Source: Chthoniobacterales bacterium (GTDB lineage Bacteria > Verrucomicrobiota > Verrucomicrobiia > Chthoniobacterales > Chthoniobacteraceae). Taken from it: a stretch of 64,000 nucleotides of DNA. Shown here one piece after another: positions 38,655 to 49,500 of this stretch. The translations under genes were made by a program, and so were the position numbers. Within the stretch, counting starts at the first letter, position 1, and each line of letters begins with the position of its first letter. The notes under the pieces were generated by a model that did no database searches, was not told where the DNA came from, and saw only the letters and a list, made by a program, of their open reading frames with translations. The DNA is taken from assembly GCA_038207335.1 (NCBI GenBank), contig JBBQZX010000028.1:1-64000 (forward strand), written 5' to 3'.

Positions 38655-39836
38655 TCAAGCGGAGGGGCTTGCGGCGGCGGAGTTCAGCTCGACGCAGAGG
38701 GCGCTGATTTGCTTGAGCGTGTGGCGGGCGGAGAGGGTGATGCGAAGGCGCGCGGCGTCGCGTGGGACGGTGGGGAAGCGGATCGCGGGGACGAAGAAGC
38801 CGCGGTCGGCGAGCTGCGCGGAGGCGGTCAGCGCGGCGTCGGCGGTGCCGATGATGTGCGGGACGATGGCGCTTTGGATTTTCCTCCCGGACGGAAAATG
38901 GCGCGGCATGAGGTCGGCGAAATGAAGGAGGTTCGTGCGCAGGAGCTGGCGTCGTTTTTCGCCGGCAGGCGAGAGGAGAAAATCGACGGCGGCGCTGGCG
39001 GCTGCGGCGCTGGCCGGGGCTGGGGCGGTGGAGTAGATGAAACTGCGGGCGCGGTTGATGAGGAGCTGGACGATGGCGCGGCTGGCGCAGATGTAGCCGC
39101 CGCTGGTGCCGAGCGCTTTGCTCAGGGTGCCGAGGTGAATGTCGATGCGGGCGCTGAGACCGAGGTGGTCGGCGAGGCCGCGGCCGTGTGTGCCGATGAC
39201 GCCGACGGCGTGGGCTTCATCGAGGAGCAGAAGCGCGCCGTAGCGGTCTTTCATTTCGACGATTTCGGCGAGTGGCGGCCAGTCGCCATCCATGCTGAAA
39301 ACGGCCTCCGTGGCGACTAGGACGCGGGCGTCTGGATAGTTTTCGCGAGCCCACTGGAGGTGACTTTCGAGTCGGCCGAGGTGGTTGTGCGGGAAGACGC
39401 GGACGACCGCGCCGCTGAGTCGTGCGCCGTCGATGAGCGCGGCGTGGCAGAGTTTGTCAAGGATGACGACGTCGTCTTTTCTTACGAGCGCACCGATGGT
39501 GCCGAGCGCTGCGGCGTATCCGCTGTTGAAGGAAAGCGCGGCTTCGGTGCGCTTGAATTCCGCGAGATTTTCCTCGAGGCGAACGTGCGGCGTGAGGGTG
39601 CCGCAGACGAGTCGGGATGCGCCGGAGCCAACTCCGTACTGGTCGATTGCGGCCTTTGCGGCATCGCGCAGGATGGGTTCGGTGGCGAGGCCGAGGTAGT
39701 CGTTTGAGGAGAAGTTGGTGAGCTTTTTCCCGGCCCACTCCATGGTGGGCTGCTGCGGGGAATCGATCTCGCGCAGCTCGCGGAGGAGGGAGCGGGCTCG
39801 GAGTTCGGCGAGCTCGGCGGCGATGGTGACGGGCAT
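38655..39836 (-). CDS. bioF: 8-amino-7-oxononanoate synthase
   Basis: NFSSNDYLGL, GSGASRL, FSMDGD, DEAHA, GTLSKALG and AIRFPTVP. Confidence 0.9.
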   Translation of the reverse strand: MPVTIAAELAELRARSLLRELREIDSPQQPTMEWAGKKLTNFSSNDYLGLATEPILRDAAKAAIDQYGVGSGASRLVCGTLTPHVRLEENLAEFKRTEAALSFNSGYAAALGTIGALVRKDDVVILDKLCHAALIDGARLSGAVVRVFPHNHLGRLESHLQWARENYPDARVLVATEAVFSMDGDWPPLAEIVEMKDRYGALLLLDEAHAVGVIGTHGRGLADHLGLSARIDIHLGTLSKALGTSGGYICASRAIVQLLINRARSFIYSTAPAPASAAAASAAVDFLLSPAGEKRRQLLRTNLLHFADLMPRHFPSGRKIQSAIVPHIIGTADAALTASAQLADRGFFVPAIRFPTVPRDAARLRITLSARHTLKQISALCVELNSAAASPSA

Positions 39837-39842
39837 CGCGGA

Positions 39843-40739
39843 CTACGAGGAAAGGCCCCAAGCGAGCAGCTTGTACGAATCCGTCCAAATCGATTTGTCG
39901 TCACCGAGGACGACGGCAATGACTTCGCGGCCGCCATCGACTGCGCTCGAGATGAGGCAATGGCCGGCGGCTTCGGTGTATCCGGTCTTCATTCCGTTGC
40001 AGAGGGCGTAGTTTTTCAGCACGCGGTTTGTGGTTTCAAAGACGCGAGTGCGGCCGTCGTTGTAGCGCCACGTCACGCTTTTGAGGGCGACGATGTTGCG
40101 CAGAGTGCGGTTGCGATAGGCGGCCATCGCGACTTTGGCCATGTCGCGGGCGGTGGAGTATTGGCCGATCGCGGGGAGGCCGTTTGGGTTGACGAAATTG
40201 GAATGCGTCATGCCGAGCGCGCGCGCCTTGGCGTTCATTTTGTCTGCGAAAGTTTCGACGGAGCCGGCGTTGTCGCGCGCGAGGCAGCGGGCGACGTCGT
40301 TCATGCTGTGGACGAGGAAGACGCGGAGAAGGTCGCCTCGCGTGTAGGTCTCGCCGGGGCGAAAGCCGAGGACGGTCGGCTCGGCCCATGTGTCGCTGGC
40401 TTGCACGCGCACCTCGCGGTCGAGGTCGCCGGCCTCGGCGACGATGAGGCCGGTGAGGAGCTTCTGCGTGCTGGCGACTGCGCGCGATTGGTCGGCGTTG
40501 ATCTCGTGCAAAATCTCGCCGGTGTTTGCATCCAGCAGGATCGCGGATGATGCGCGGACGCGAGGAGCGGCACCTCCGGGTTCGACGGCATAGACCTCGA
40601 CGGGCGCCGATTTTTTCGGTGTCGCGGGCTTTGCGGCAACCGGCTTTTTCGTGGTGCCTTTATTTGTGGCCGCCGGTGCGGGAGCAGCGAGGAGGAGGGT
40701 GATAGCGAGGGCGAGTAGCGAGGTGAATCGGCGGATCAT
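39843..40739 (-). CDS. D-alanyl-D-alanine carboxypeptidase (peptidase S11)
   Basis: ASTQK (SxxK), SMN (SxN), NPNGL and KTG. Confidence 0.9.
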   Translation of the reverse strand: MIRRFTSLLALAITLLLAAPAPAATNKGTTKKPVAAKPATPKKSAPVEVYAVEPGGAAPRVRASSAILLDANTGEILHEINADQSRAVASTQKLLTGLIVAEAGDLDREVRVQASDTWAEPTVLGFRPGETYTRGDLLRVFLVHSMNDVARCLARDNAGSVETFADKMNAKARALGMTHSNFVNPNGLPAIGQYSTARDMAKVAMAAYRNRTLRNIVALKSVTWRYNDGRTRVFETTNRVLKNYALCNGMKTGYTEAAGHCLISSAVDGGREVIAVVLGDDKSIWTDSYKLLAWGLSS

Positions 40740-40821
40740 GACGAAGGGTTAGTTAAAGGAATTAGTAACGGGCGCAAGGTTGGAGGAGGGGCATGGGGTC
40801 GCGCCCCTTTTCCCCCAACCC

Positions 40822-41496
40822 TCACTCGCCGAGCTGGCGCTCGACGGCGGAATCCGGCGCGGCTCCGAGGTCGATCGCTTTGTGGTAATGGCGGCGGGCG
40901 AGCTCGATGGCGGGGGGGACGCGCTCGAGGTAGAAAATGGCGAGGTTGTAGTGGGCTTCGGCGTAGTCGGGCTGCAGCTCGATGGCTTTTCGCATCTCGT
41001 CTTCTGCGCCGAGATACCATCCCTTTTTGCCGATGGTGACGCCGAGGTAGTGGTGCGCGCGGGCGTCTTTGGGCTCGAGATAGACGGCTTGTGCGAGCGC
41101 GGCGAGCGCGGCATCGAGATGGTCGCGGTCGTATTCGATGGCGCCGAGGATGAGCCATGCGAGGCCGGCGTCGGGCGCCACCCGGACGGTTTTTGTGAGG
41201 ATGAGTTGGGCCTCGTCGTAGTGCTTTTGGCGATACTCGATGAGGCCGAGATTGATCATCGTCGGCGGGTTGCCGGGTGCGAGTTGAAGGACTTTTTCAA
41301 AGTCTTTTTTGGCGGCGGCGAGGTCGCCTTTCTGAAATGAAGTGATGCCTCGCTTGGCGATTTGCTGAGCTTCGTTTGGAGCGGTTTTCTCGCCGGGGCG
41401 ATCGAGAGAAGGCGCGGGTTCGAGGCGAAATGCGGGGGGGGCCGCGAACGCGGATGCTCCAAACGCGATGATCAGCAGCAGGACTTTACTTAGCAC
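40822..41496 (-). CDS. Exported tetratricopeptide-repeat protein
   Basis: Signal-like start and repeated TPR patterns (AHHYLG, AHYNLA, YHKAIDLG). Confidence 0.85.
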   Translation of the reverse strand: MLSKVLLLIIAFGASAFAAPPAFRLEPAPSLDRPGEKTAPNEAQQIAKRGITSFQKGDLAAAKKDFEKVLQLAPGNPPTMINLGLIEYRQKHYDEAQLILTKTVRVAPDAGLAWLILGAIEYDRDHLDAALAALAQAVYLEPKDARAHHYLGVTIGKKGWYLGAEDEMRKAIELQPDYAEAHYNLAIFYLERVPPAIELARRHYHKAIDLGAAPDSAVERQLGE

Positions 41497-42283
41497 GGCC
41501 AAGCTCCCGGGCGCGTTCCGTGGCGGCACGGACGGCGCTGATGAATGCCGCACGCGCGCCATTTTTCTCCAGCGCCTCAAGGCCCGCGATGGTGGTGCCG
41601 CCGGGGCTCGTGACCATGTCGCGGAGTGCGGCGGGGTGCTGTTTGGTTTGCAAGACCATCTCGGCGGAGCCGCTCACGGTCTGTGCGGCGAGTTCCAGTG
41701 CGATGTCGCGCGGGAGGCCCATGAGCACTGCTCCGTCGGCGAGCGCCTCGATGACGAGATATACGAACGCCGGGCCGCTGCCGCTGAGCCCGGTGACGAC
41801 ATCCAGCAGCGCCTCTTTCACCTGAACTGCCGTGCCCACCGCGCCGAAGATCTTCTGCGCGATGGCGGCATCGGCTGCGATGGCGCGGCTTCCGAGTGCG
41901 AATGCGGCGGCGCCTTTGTGGACGAGCGCGGGCGTGTTCGGCATGACGCGGATGATGCGCACGGCGGGTCCGGCGGCTTCCTCGAGCGAGGCGAGCGTGA
42001 GGCCGGCGACGATGGAAATGATGAGCTTCCCGCCTGCGTCGATTTCCCGCAGTGCGGCGAGCGCGTCGGCGGGTTTGACGCAAAGCAGGAGGACATCCGA
42101 CTCTGCTGCGAGGGCGGCGTTGTCCGTGGCGACGCGGACTTTTGCCTCGCGCACGAGTGCCGCGATGGTGGGCGGATGAAGGTCGGCGATGAGAATATCC
42201 TCACGCCGGATCGCGCCAGAGCCGGTGATGCCGTGGATGAGTGCGGCTGCCATTTTGCCGGCGCCGATGAAGCCAAAGGTCAT
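41486..42283 (-). CDS. proC: Pyrroline-5-carboxylate reductase
   Basis: GFIGAGKM, RVMPNTP, GLSGSGPA and VTSPGGTT. Confidence 0.97.
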   Translation of the reverse strand: MTFGFIGAGKMAAALIHGITGSGAIRREDILIADLHPPTIAALVREAKVRVATDNAALAAESDVLLLCVKPADALAALREIDAGGKLIISIVAGLTLASLEEAAGPAVRIIRVMPNTPALVHKGAAAFALGSRAIAADAAIAQKIFGAVGTAVQVKEALLDVVTGLSGSGPAFVYLVIEALADGAVLMGLPRDIALELAAQTVSGSAEMVLQTKQHPAALRDMVTSPGGTTIAGLEALEKNGARAAFISAVRAATERARELGRAK

Positions 42284-42471
42284 GGCCGGGAGTGATAGCC
42301 GCGCGCGGCGGACAGTGGCAATGCGCAACTCGACTTTCCGGCAGCGCATTTCGGTCAGGGAGAAGATGCCCGTGAATGTTTTTGTGGCGGAGGAAGCGGG
42401 ACTTTGTATCGTGTGCGGCTCAAACCTCGGGCCGGCGTTGTGCCGTCCGATTCCCTGACGATCATCACCTT

Positions 42472-42843
42472 ATGGATACACCACAAATCACGGCTTACGT
42501 GAAAACGCAGTGCGGCTGGAGCAATGGCGTGCGCGCCGTGCTGAAAAAATACGACCTTCCCTACGTGGAAAAAGACATCATCCAGAACCCGGCCTTCCGC
42601 TGGGAGATGGAGCAGAAGAGCGGCCAGCCCCTCAGCCCGTGCGTCGAAGTGAACGGCGTCATGGTCGCCGACATCAGCGGCGAAGAGCTGGAGCAATATC
42701 TCCTCCGCGAAAATCTCGTCGGCGACCCCGCCGGTACGACGAACGTGCCCCTAAACGCCGCGTGCAGCGACGCCGAGCACGACGCGATGAGCCGCGGCGA
42801 GTCGCTGAAATTTCACGGCGACGCGCTCGAGCACAAAGCCTAA
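42472..42843 (+). CDS. Glutaredoxin-like protein (monothiol CGWS)
   Basis: YVKTQCGWSNGVRAVL..SGQPLSPCVEVNG. Confidence 0.85.
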   Translation: MDTPQITAYVKTQCGWSNGVRAVLKKYDLPYVEKDIIQNPAFRWEMEQKSGQPLSPCVEVNGVMVADISGEELEQYLLRENLVGDPAGTTNVPLNAACSDAEHDAMSRGESLKFHGDALEHKA

Positions 42844-42866
42844 CGCGGGTTGTTTTTCTTTGAAAA

Positions 42867-42903
42867 GGCCGCGCCTCGGAAACGGGGCGCGGCCCTTTTT
42901 TTT
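42867..42903 (+). terminator. Rho-independent terminator
   Basis: GGCCGCGCCTCG-GAAA-CGGGGCGCGGCC followed by a T-run. Confidence 0.9.
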
Positions 42904-42940
42904 GGAGTGCGGTGGCAGAGCAAAGCGCCGACTCCGCTTT
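42904..42940. repeat. Possible REP-like extragenic repeat half
   Basis: GGAGTGCGGTGGC..GACTCCGCTTT resembles, from memory, a dispersed repeat of PVC genomes. Only a degenerate partner is visible near 43030. Confidence 0.35.
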
Positions 42941-43197
42941 GACAGGAGCGGGGCAACGCGGCAGGAAATTACTCAAATTCGAACTCCGAAGGCACCAACG
43001 CATAAGCGGAGAGGAAGGACGCCGGCGCAAGAGCGGTGCCTTGCCCAAGCGAGCGGTTCGTCTCAACGCCCACCCGCGTTTCTGCCAATCGCCTCAACTC
43101 TGCCGGACGACGAAAAGCGAGCGCACAGAGAACAGGAAGCGTTGCAACTGGCGAAAGAGGGGGTGCCTTGGCTGGGCTTCTTCTACCCCCGGTTTTC

Positions 43198-43407
43198 CTA
43201 ATTTCCTATCGGATATGTCACCGCCGGCGGCCAATCGGCGGTGTAGAGTGAAAAGCCGCCGTTGAACTCATCTGGCACTTTTTCCGCAGCACCAAAAAGA
43301 TAGCCTACCTCTCGCACTCCTAGATATCGGCGGACTTGAGATCGCCGGCGGCCGAAGCCGGAAGCAACACGGCGAGGGAGATGGAGAGGAGTGGGGAATT
43401 TCATCAC
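43198..43407 (-). pseudogene. Remnant of a secreted-protein gene
   Basis: A signal-peptide-like LSISLAVLLPASAAGD lies in one frame and GYLFGAAEKVPDEFNGGFSLYTADWP in another. It ends in stops. Confidence 0.4.
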
Positions 43408-43594
43408 TTCGTCTTCATTTCCTCGACGGATTGTATTGCCAAACGAACCTATTCGGATCTAAATAAATTCTTCCCATTCAGGTCCCCACGGTCTGGAAAG
43501 CCCGCGGGGTGGTTCACCCGGCAATCCCATTCCCCTCCCCAAACCGCTTATGAAAAGCCATCGCGCTCCCTCCTGCCCTTTTTTCTCCTCTCCT

Positions 43595-46500
43595 ATGGCC
43601 CGGATCCCCCGTAATACTCGCTCCCCGCGTGGGCTCCTTTCATTCGCGGCTCTCGCGTTGGCGGGCCTCTCCCTCAGCGCCTCCGCGGCCACGTGGATTG
43701 GCGGCGATAATTTTTGGAGCAACCCGGCGAATTGGAGTCCGACAGGCGAGCCCACGCTCGCGGATGACGCGCTTTTCGGCACGCCCGTCCCGCTGACCGG
43801 GGACGCGATCACGCTGAGCGCCGGTGAGACGGCGTTTTCGCTCACGTTCCGCGACTTTTACTCCCTCACCGGCGGCTCGCTCGCGCTCGGCGGCACCGGC
43901 AGGGTGACGATCGCGCCGAGTATTTCGGTGCGAATTCGCTCTTCGCTCATCGGCAGCAATGGCTTGACGCTCGCGGCTTCCAATGGCCTCGGCGGCGCCG
44001 ACGCACAGGCGGGAGGCGGGACGCTGACGCTGACCGGCACGAACACCTATACGGGCGGCACGACCATTGCCGCGGGCACGCTCCGCTTTGGCCGGGACGC
44101 ATCGCTCGGCGCGGCGGGCACTGGCATCACGCTCTCCGGCGGCACGCTCTCAGGCGCGTATTCGTATCTCGGGGCGCGGACGGTGACGGTGACGGGCACG
44201 GCTTCCAAGATCGACATCGCGCGCAACGGGACGACGACCTACAGCACCTTCGACGCGAACTTTGCCGGCGCGGCGGGGACGAAGCTGACGAAGACCGGGA
44301 TCGGCAATCTTTTCCTGCGCTCGGCGAGCAGCTTCGCGGGCGATTTTGAGATCGATTTCAACGCGGGCTGGGCCGGGCAATCCATCCCCGCGAATTTCGC
44401 CGGGACCCAACTGCGCGACAACGGCTCCCTCGCCAATATCTCCAGCCTGACGATCGGCCAATCCTCGACGCTGAGCCTCGAAAACGACCAGGGCCTCGCC
44501 ACCGCGGGGGTGAACCGGATCAACGACAGCGCCCCGGTTTTTCTAAAGGGCGGGACGCTGCATTTTCACACGAAGGCCGCGCTGGTGAACGATGAGACGA
44601 TCGGCGCGACGACGCTCGTCTCGGGGATGTCCTCGCTGGTGACCCAATCGCAAAACGCAGGGTCTGCCGCCCGCTTGTTCGTGACTTGGAAATCTCGCCC
44701 GGAACACGGGCGCGACGCTCGTTTTGCAGGGCTATCAACTCGGCGGGACCGCGGGTGACAACGGGCGCATTTTCATCAACGACAATGCGACCTTGACCGG
44801 TCCGGGGCCGACATTGACCAACGGCCTCATCGGCGGCTGGGCGCTGGCTTACAACGCTATCACCGCAGGCCCCGGCGGCATCGACTTTGCGACCTACAAA
44901 ACCGGTCAGGGCGTCGGCAACCTCGGCAATACCGCGGCCAATTTCGGATTCGTCGGCTATTCCGGCAACGCGCTGACTGCCGGCACGGCGGTCGATAACA
45001 TTCGGACGACCGCCACGGTGGGCGGCGTAACGACGCGGACAATCAATTCGTTCACGATCGGCGGCGCTGCGACGATCACGCTCAACTCCGCCTCCGACGT
45101 GCTGACCATCGGCACCGGCGGCCTCCTGAATCAAAATGTCGCGAGCACGCTCACCGGCGGCGATGTCACCTCGGGCGGGAACGAATTGTTTGTGCATAAC
45201 GCGGGGGCGACCATTTTCACGCTGAACTCGCGCATCACCGGAGCGGGCGTGGCCCTGGTGAAGGATTTGAATGGAACGCTCGCGCTCAATGGCACGGTGG
45301 ACAACACGTATGGCGGCGGCACTTACATCAACAATCCCTCCATCGCCACGACTGTCAGCAATGCCACGACCGTCACCGTCGGCACCGGCTCGACGGTGAC
45401 CACGGGCACGGCGGATGGCCTGAGGTACCTCGGCACCGGCGCGGTGACGGTCGATCAGGCGTTCCTGACGCTCGGTGGCATCGGCGCGACCTCTTTCTCC
45501 GGCACCCTCGCGCTGCCGACCTACACGGCGCTGAATATGGCGCAAATCACCATCCCCGGAACGAAGACGTTCGCGACGACGGAAGTCTTCAGCATCGGCG
45601 CGGGCAGCATCATCGCGGGCGGCGCATTTGCTTTCGGGCAGGGTTTGAACAGCCTCACGCGCGGGACCAATGTGGTCCTCAATGCGGATGCGATTTTGGC
45701 GCACGTGGCCTTCCCGAATGGCTCGCTCGGCGTCGGCTCGGATACGATCCAAAATCTCGGAACCAATGCCGATTTGTATTATGGATTGAACGCGAACCAG
45801 AACGCAGGCGCGAACGCGGCGATCACGGTCGGCGCGGGGACGCCGTGGAAAGGCATCAGCTCGGATCGCAGCAATCGCGACTTCCAGCAGGGGACGATCA
45901 CGGCAAATGGCGACTTTTACCTCCAGGGGCTGATGGTGCCCGCGGCGAATGCAACGCTGACGCTTGGCGGCACGGGCGGCGGCACTTACAGCATCGTCAA
46001 TGCGACGGCGGGCAACGTGCCGATTCGCGCCTTTGTCATCGGCAATGTGACGTTGAACGAAAACTCTGCGGTGACGATGCCGGGGAATTTGACCTTTGTT
46101 GCGACTCCCGGCGCGACGCTGCTCCTCGCACAGCAAAACTCGCTCGGCTCGAATGTGGACCCGGCGCTTAATGCGAAACTACTGCTACAGGCTGGCAGCA
46201 CCTTGAACCTTGCAGGAGCAAACGGAGTCAACTATCTCAATAGTAATGGCACCTTTGAGGAAGGTGCGCGATTCCTCGCGGATGACAATCTGACGAATAC
46301 TCTCGCCGGAACCGGCACGATGACCTTCCTGCCGGGGTCGATCATCGACATCACCCAGCAAGGTGGAATTACCGGCAACCAGCCGATCGTCACGTCGCCC
46401 GGCACGATTGTCCGCTTTAATACAAGCAGCGTCACCGGCATCAGCACGCGCGTCGGCTCGGATGCGGTCTTCGAGATCACCTCGGGCAACCGCACGCTCA

Positions 46501-49500
46501 CCAGCCAGGCGACGCCGGAAAACCTCACGATCAGCGGCGGCGTCCTGACCAATGGCGGCCTCGGCAATACGACCCCGACGAGCTACAATGCCGACGGGGG
46601 CAACGGGAAACTGATCATCGGCGCAGGCGGCGCGATCTTTGCCGCCACCACGAATACGACATTCAACGTCAATGAGGACTTCGATCTTCAAGGCAACACC
46701 CTGACCATCGGCTCGCTCGACTTCTATGACGGGAATCCAAAGCTGGGAATCGTGGCGCTCGGCAACGGCGGCAACACGGCGGCGATCGGCAGTTTGATCA
46801 ATGTCCTGCCCGGCTTCCAGCTCATTGCAAACGCGCAAAACGTGCTGCCTGATCTCGCGCGGCTCAATCTCGGCGCGGGATCGACGCTCGTCCTCTCGCA
46901 AAACGACTTCATCGAGACGCTCGGCGCGATCACCGGCACCGGCACGGTTCTCACGACGCAGAACGGCACGATTCCGGGCACTAATCTCCGCGTCGGCGCG
47001 GCCAATACCAGCTTTAGCTTCGACGGCAGCTTCTCCAACACGTCCGGTGGGAATCCGCATCTCACCAAGATGGGCACCGGCACGATGGACCTCACCGGCG
47101 TGAGCACCTCGACCGGGAAAGTGGACATCGACGCGGGTGTCGTCCGGCTGCGCGACGGCGCGCAGACAGTGTTCGCGACTTATAACGTCAACCGCGGAGG
47201 CACCCTCACTCTCGACAACGCCGTCGGCGCTCCCCTCGACAATCGTCTTGGCGGCAGCGGCAAATTCATCTCCGTTGCGGGCGGCACTGTGAATCTCATC
47301 GGCAGCCCGTCGGCTCCCGTCACCGAGGCAATTGGAGCCTTCAGCGTCTCCGCGGGCGGTCAGGGCATAGTGGATATCGTGCCCGGCGCAGGCGGTGCGA
47401 CCACTCTCAGCACTCCGACCCTGAACGTGCGCAGCATCAGCACCTTCCTCCTGCGGGGCGAGAAACTCGGAGCGGCCCCCGGCGCGGGGGTAGCGACATT
47501 CACCGCAGTGACGCCGAGCCTTTACGGCACCCTCGTTCCGAACGACAACACGTCCAGCACGCAGGCGCTCCGCCCGGACATCCTCAGCGACAAGCCGACC
47601 GCCGGCGGCACCAGCGCCACCCTCAGTTTCGTCACTCAGGACAATGTGACGAACGGTTTCCGCATGCTCACCGCCGCGGAATACTCAAACTCGATTGCAT
47701 CCTACAACAACACGAACTTCAACGTCGCGCTGTCGGCTCCTATCATCATCCCGCAGACTTCGACGCTCACGACGGTGGTCGATACGCAGATTCAAAGCCT
47801 CGTGTTCAACAGCGGCAGCAGCAACCTGGCCAACAACGCCGGGGTAACGACGACCAACGCGGGTGCACGGCTCGTCATCAAGAGCGGCGGCGTCCTCGTC
47901 CAAAGCGGCGTGAATTCCACGATCACCAGCCCGTTCATTGACCAGGGAAACCCCTATTACTTTCACACCTACGGAAACCTCACAGTGAATGCCTCGCTGC
48001 TCGGCGCGAATGGCTTCGTGAAGACCGGCCCTGGCACCCTCACCCTCGGCGACGGTGCGCTTCCTTACATGACGAGTGCCAACGCCGGGATGTTCCTCAG
48101 CATCAACGAAGGCGCGGTGAAACTCGGCGCGAACAACAGCTTCGGAACCGCCATCGGCACGACTGTCAACGCACCCGACTTCTACCTCGCCGGGGGCAGC
48201 ATCGACATCAATGGCAACAGCCAGACCTTCCGCGTTTTCACGAGTGAGAATAACTCCAACTCAAACCTCCTGCCGGGCACGGGTGGCAATCTGACCAACA
48301 GCGGCGCGCCAGCCACCCTCACTGTTTTCAGCAACAGTGGCGGCAATGGAAATATCATCAACGTCACGAACAACCTCTTCACCGGAACCTTGAGCGGACC
48401 CATCGACTTCTTGAAGGCTGGGACAAGTGTGCAAGGCTTCAATAACCTGAGTACCTTCGCCGGTACGCTGACGCTGCGCGGCGGCAGCCTTCAGTTGCGC
48501 GACAGCGGCAAGTTCACCGGGGTTACTTCGCTCTCGGCGAGTTACTCCACGCTCTATCTCGACAACCAATATAGCCTTAGCAACGTGGCCAATCGTGTCC
48601 CGGCGAATCTCGGTGCCACGATGCGCGGCTCGGGCATCGAACTGCGCGGGATGCAGGGCGAGAACTCCATCCAGAGTCTGGGAACGGTAACACTGCTGGA
48701 AGGCTCGAACCTCCTCAGTTCGCAGGCCCAAGGCAATAGCTCGACCGACCTTATCATCGCCAACCTCGTCCGTTCGGCATCCGACACCATCGGCGTGCGT
48801 TTCAATGGCAGCAATCTCGGACGCCTCGCGCCCGCCGGGACGATGCAACAGGATTCGCGCGTCATCTTCACGCAGTTCAATGGCAGCGTGACTCCCGAGG
48901 GCTTCCTTGGCGGCTGGGCGACGGTGAATGATTCCGACTTCGCCGCCTACAAGACTCCGCCTGCGGTGACTCCAACCAATGCCACCTCCGCCGCCGGCGT
49001 GAGTAATGTGGGCAATACCGGCCTCGGCTATCCCGCTTATACGGTTGGTACCGCGACCAACTTCGCGACGGGGCTCATCATTGACGTGACCGCGGACACG
49101 ACGTTATCCGCCGGCGACAAGACGGTGGGCGCGCTCCGGCTCAGCGGTGGTGCTACACGGCAGCTCTTCTTCACCGGTGGCACCGACCTCATCAATATCG
49201 AGAGCGGCGGCTTGTTGCGCAGCAACAACAATAACACCACGAACATTGGCACAGCCGCGATTCGCGGACGAATCACCGCGGGCGGCCTGCAGAGCACCGG
49301 CACGGCAAATCTCTTTCTTCACGTAAACCAAGGCACGGCCAACACCATCAACTCGGCGATCGTCAACAATCCCAATGGCGCTGCGGTGGCGCTGATCAAG
49401 GATTTGGGCGCCCAGGTCGATTTGACCGGGGCGAATACCTACACCGGCGGCACTTTCGTCAATGGCGGCACCTTGCGCCTCAACACACCAAGTGCAGACG

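Noticed and set aside
37348..42283. Functional link between proA/proC and the hydroxyproline operon
   Set aside because: They are over 20 kb apart, in a mixed housekeeping operon, and there is no evidence beyond the shared amino acid.
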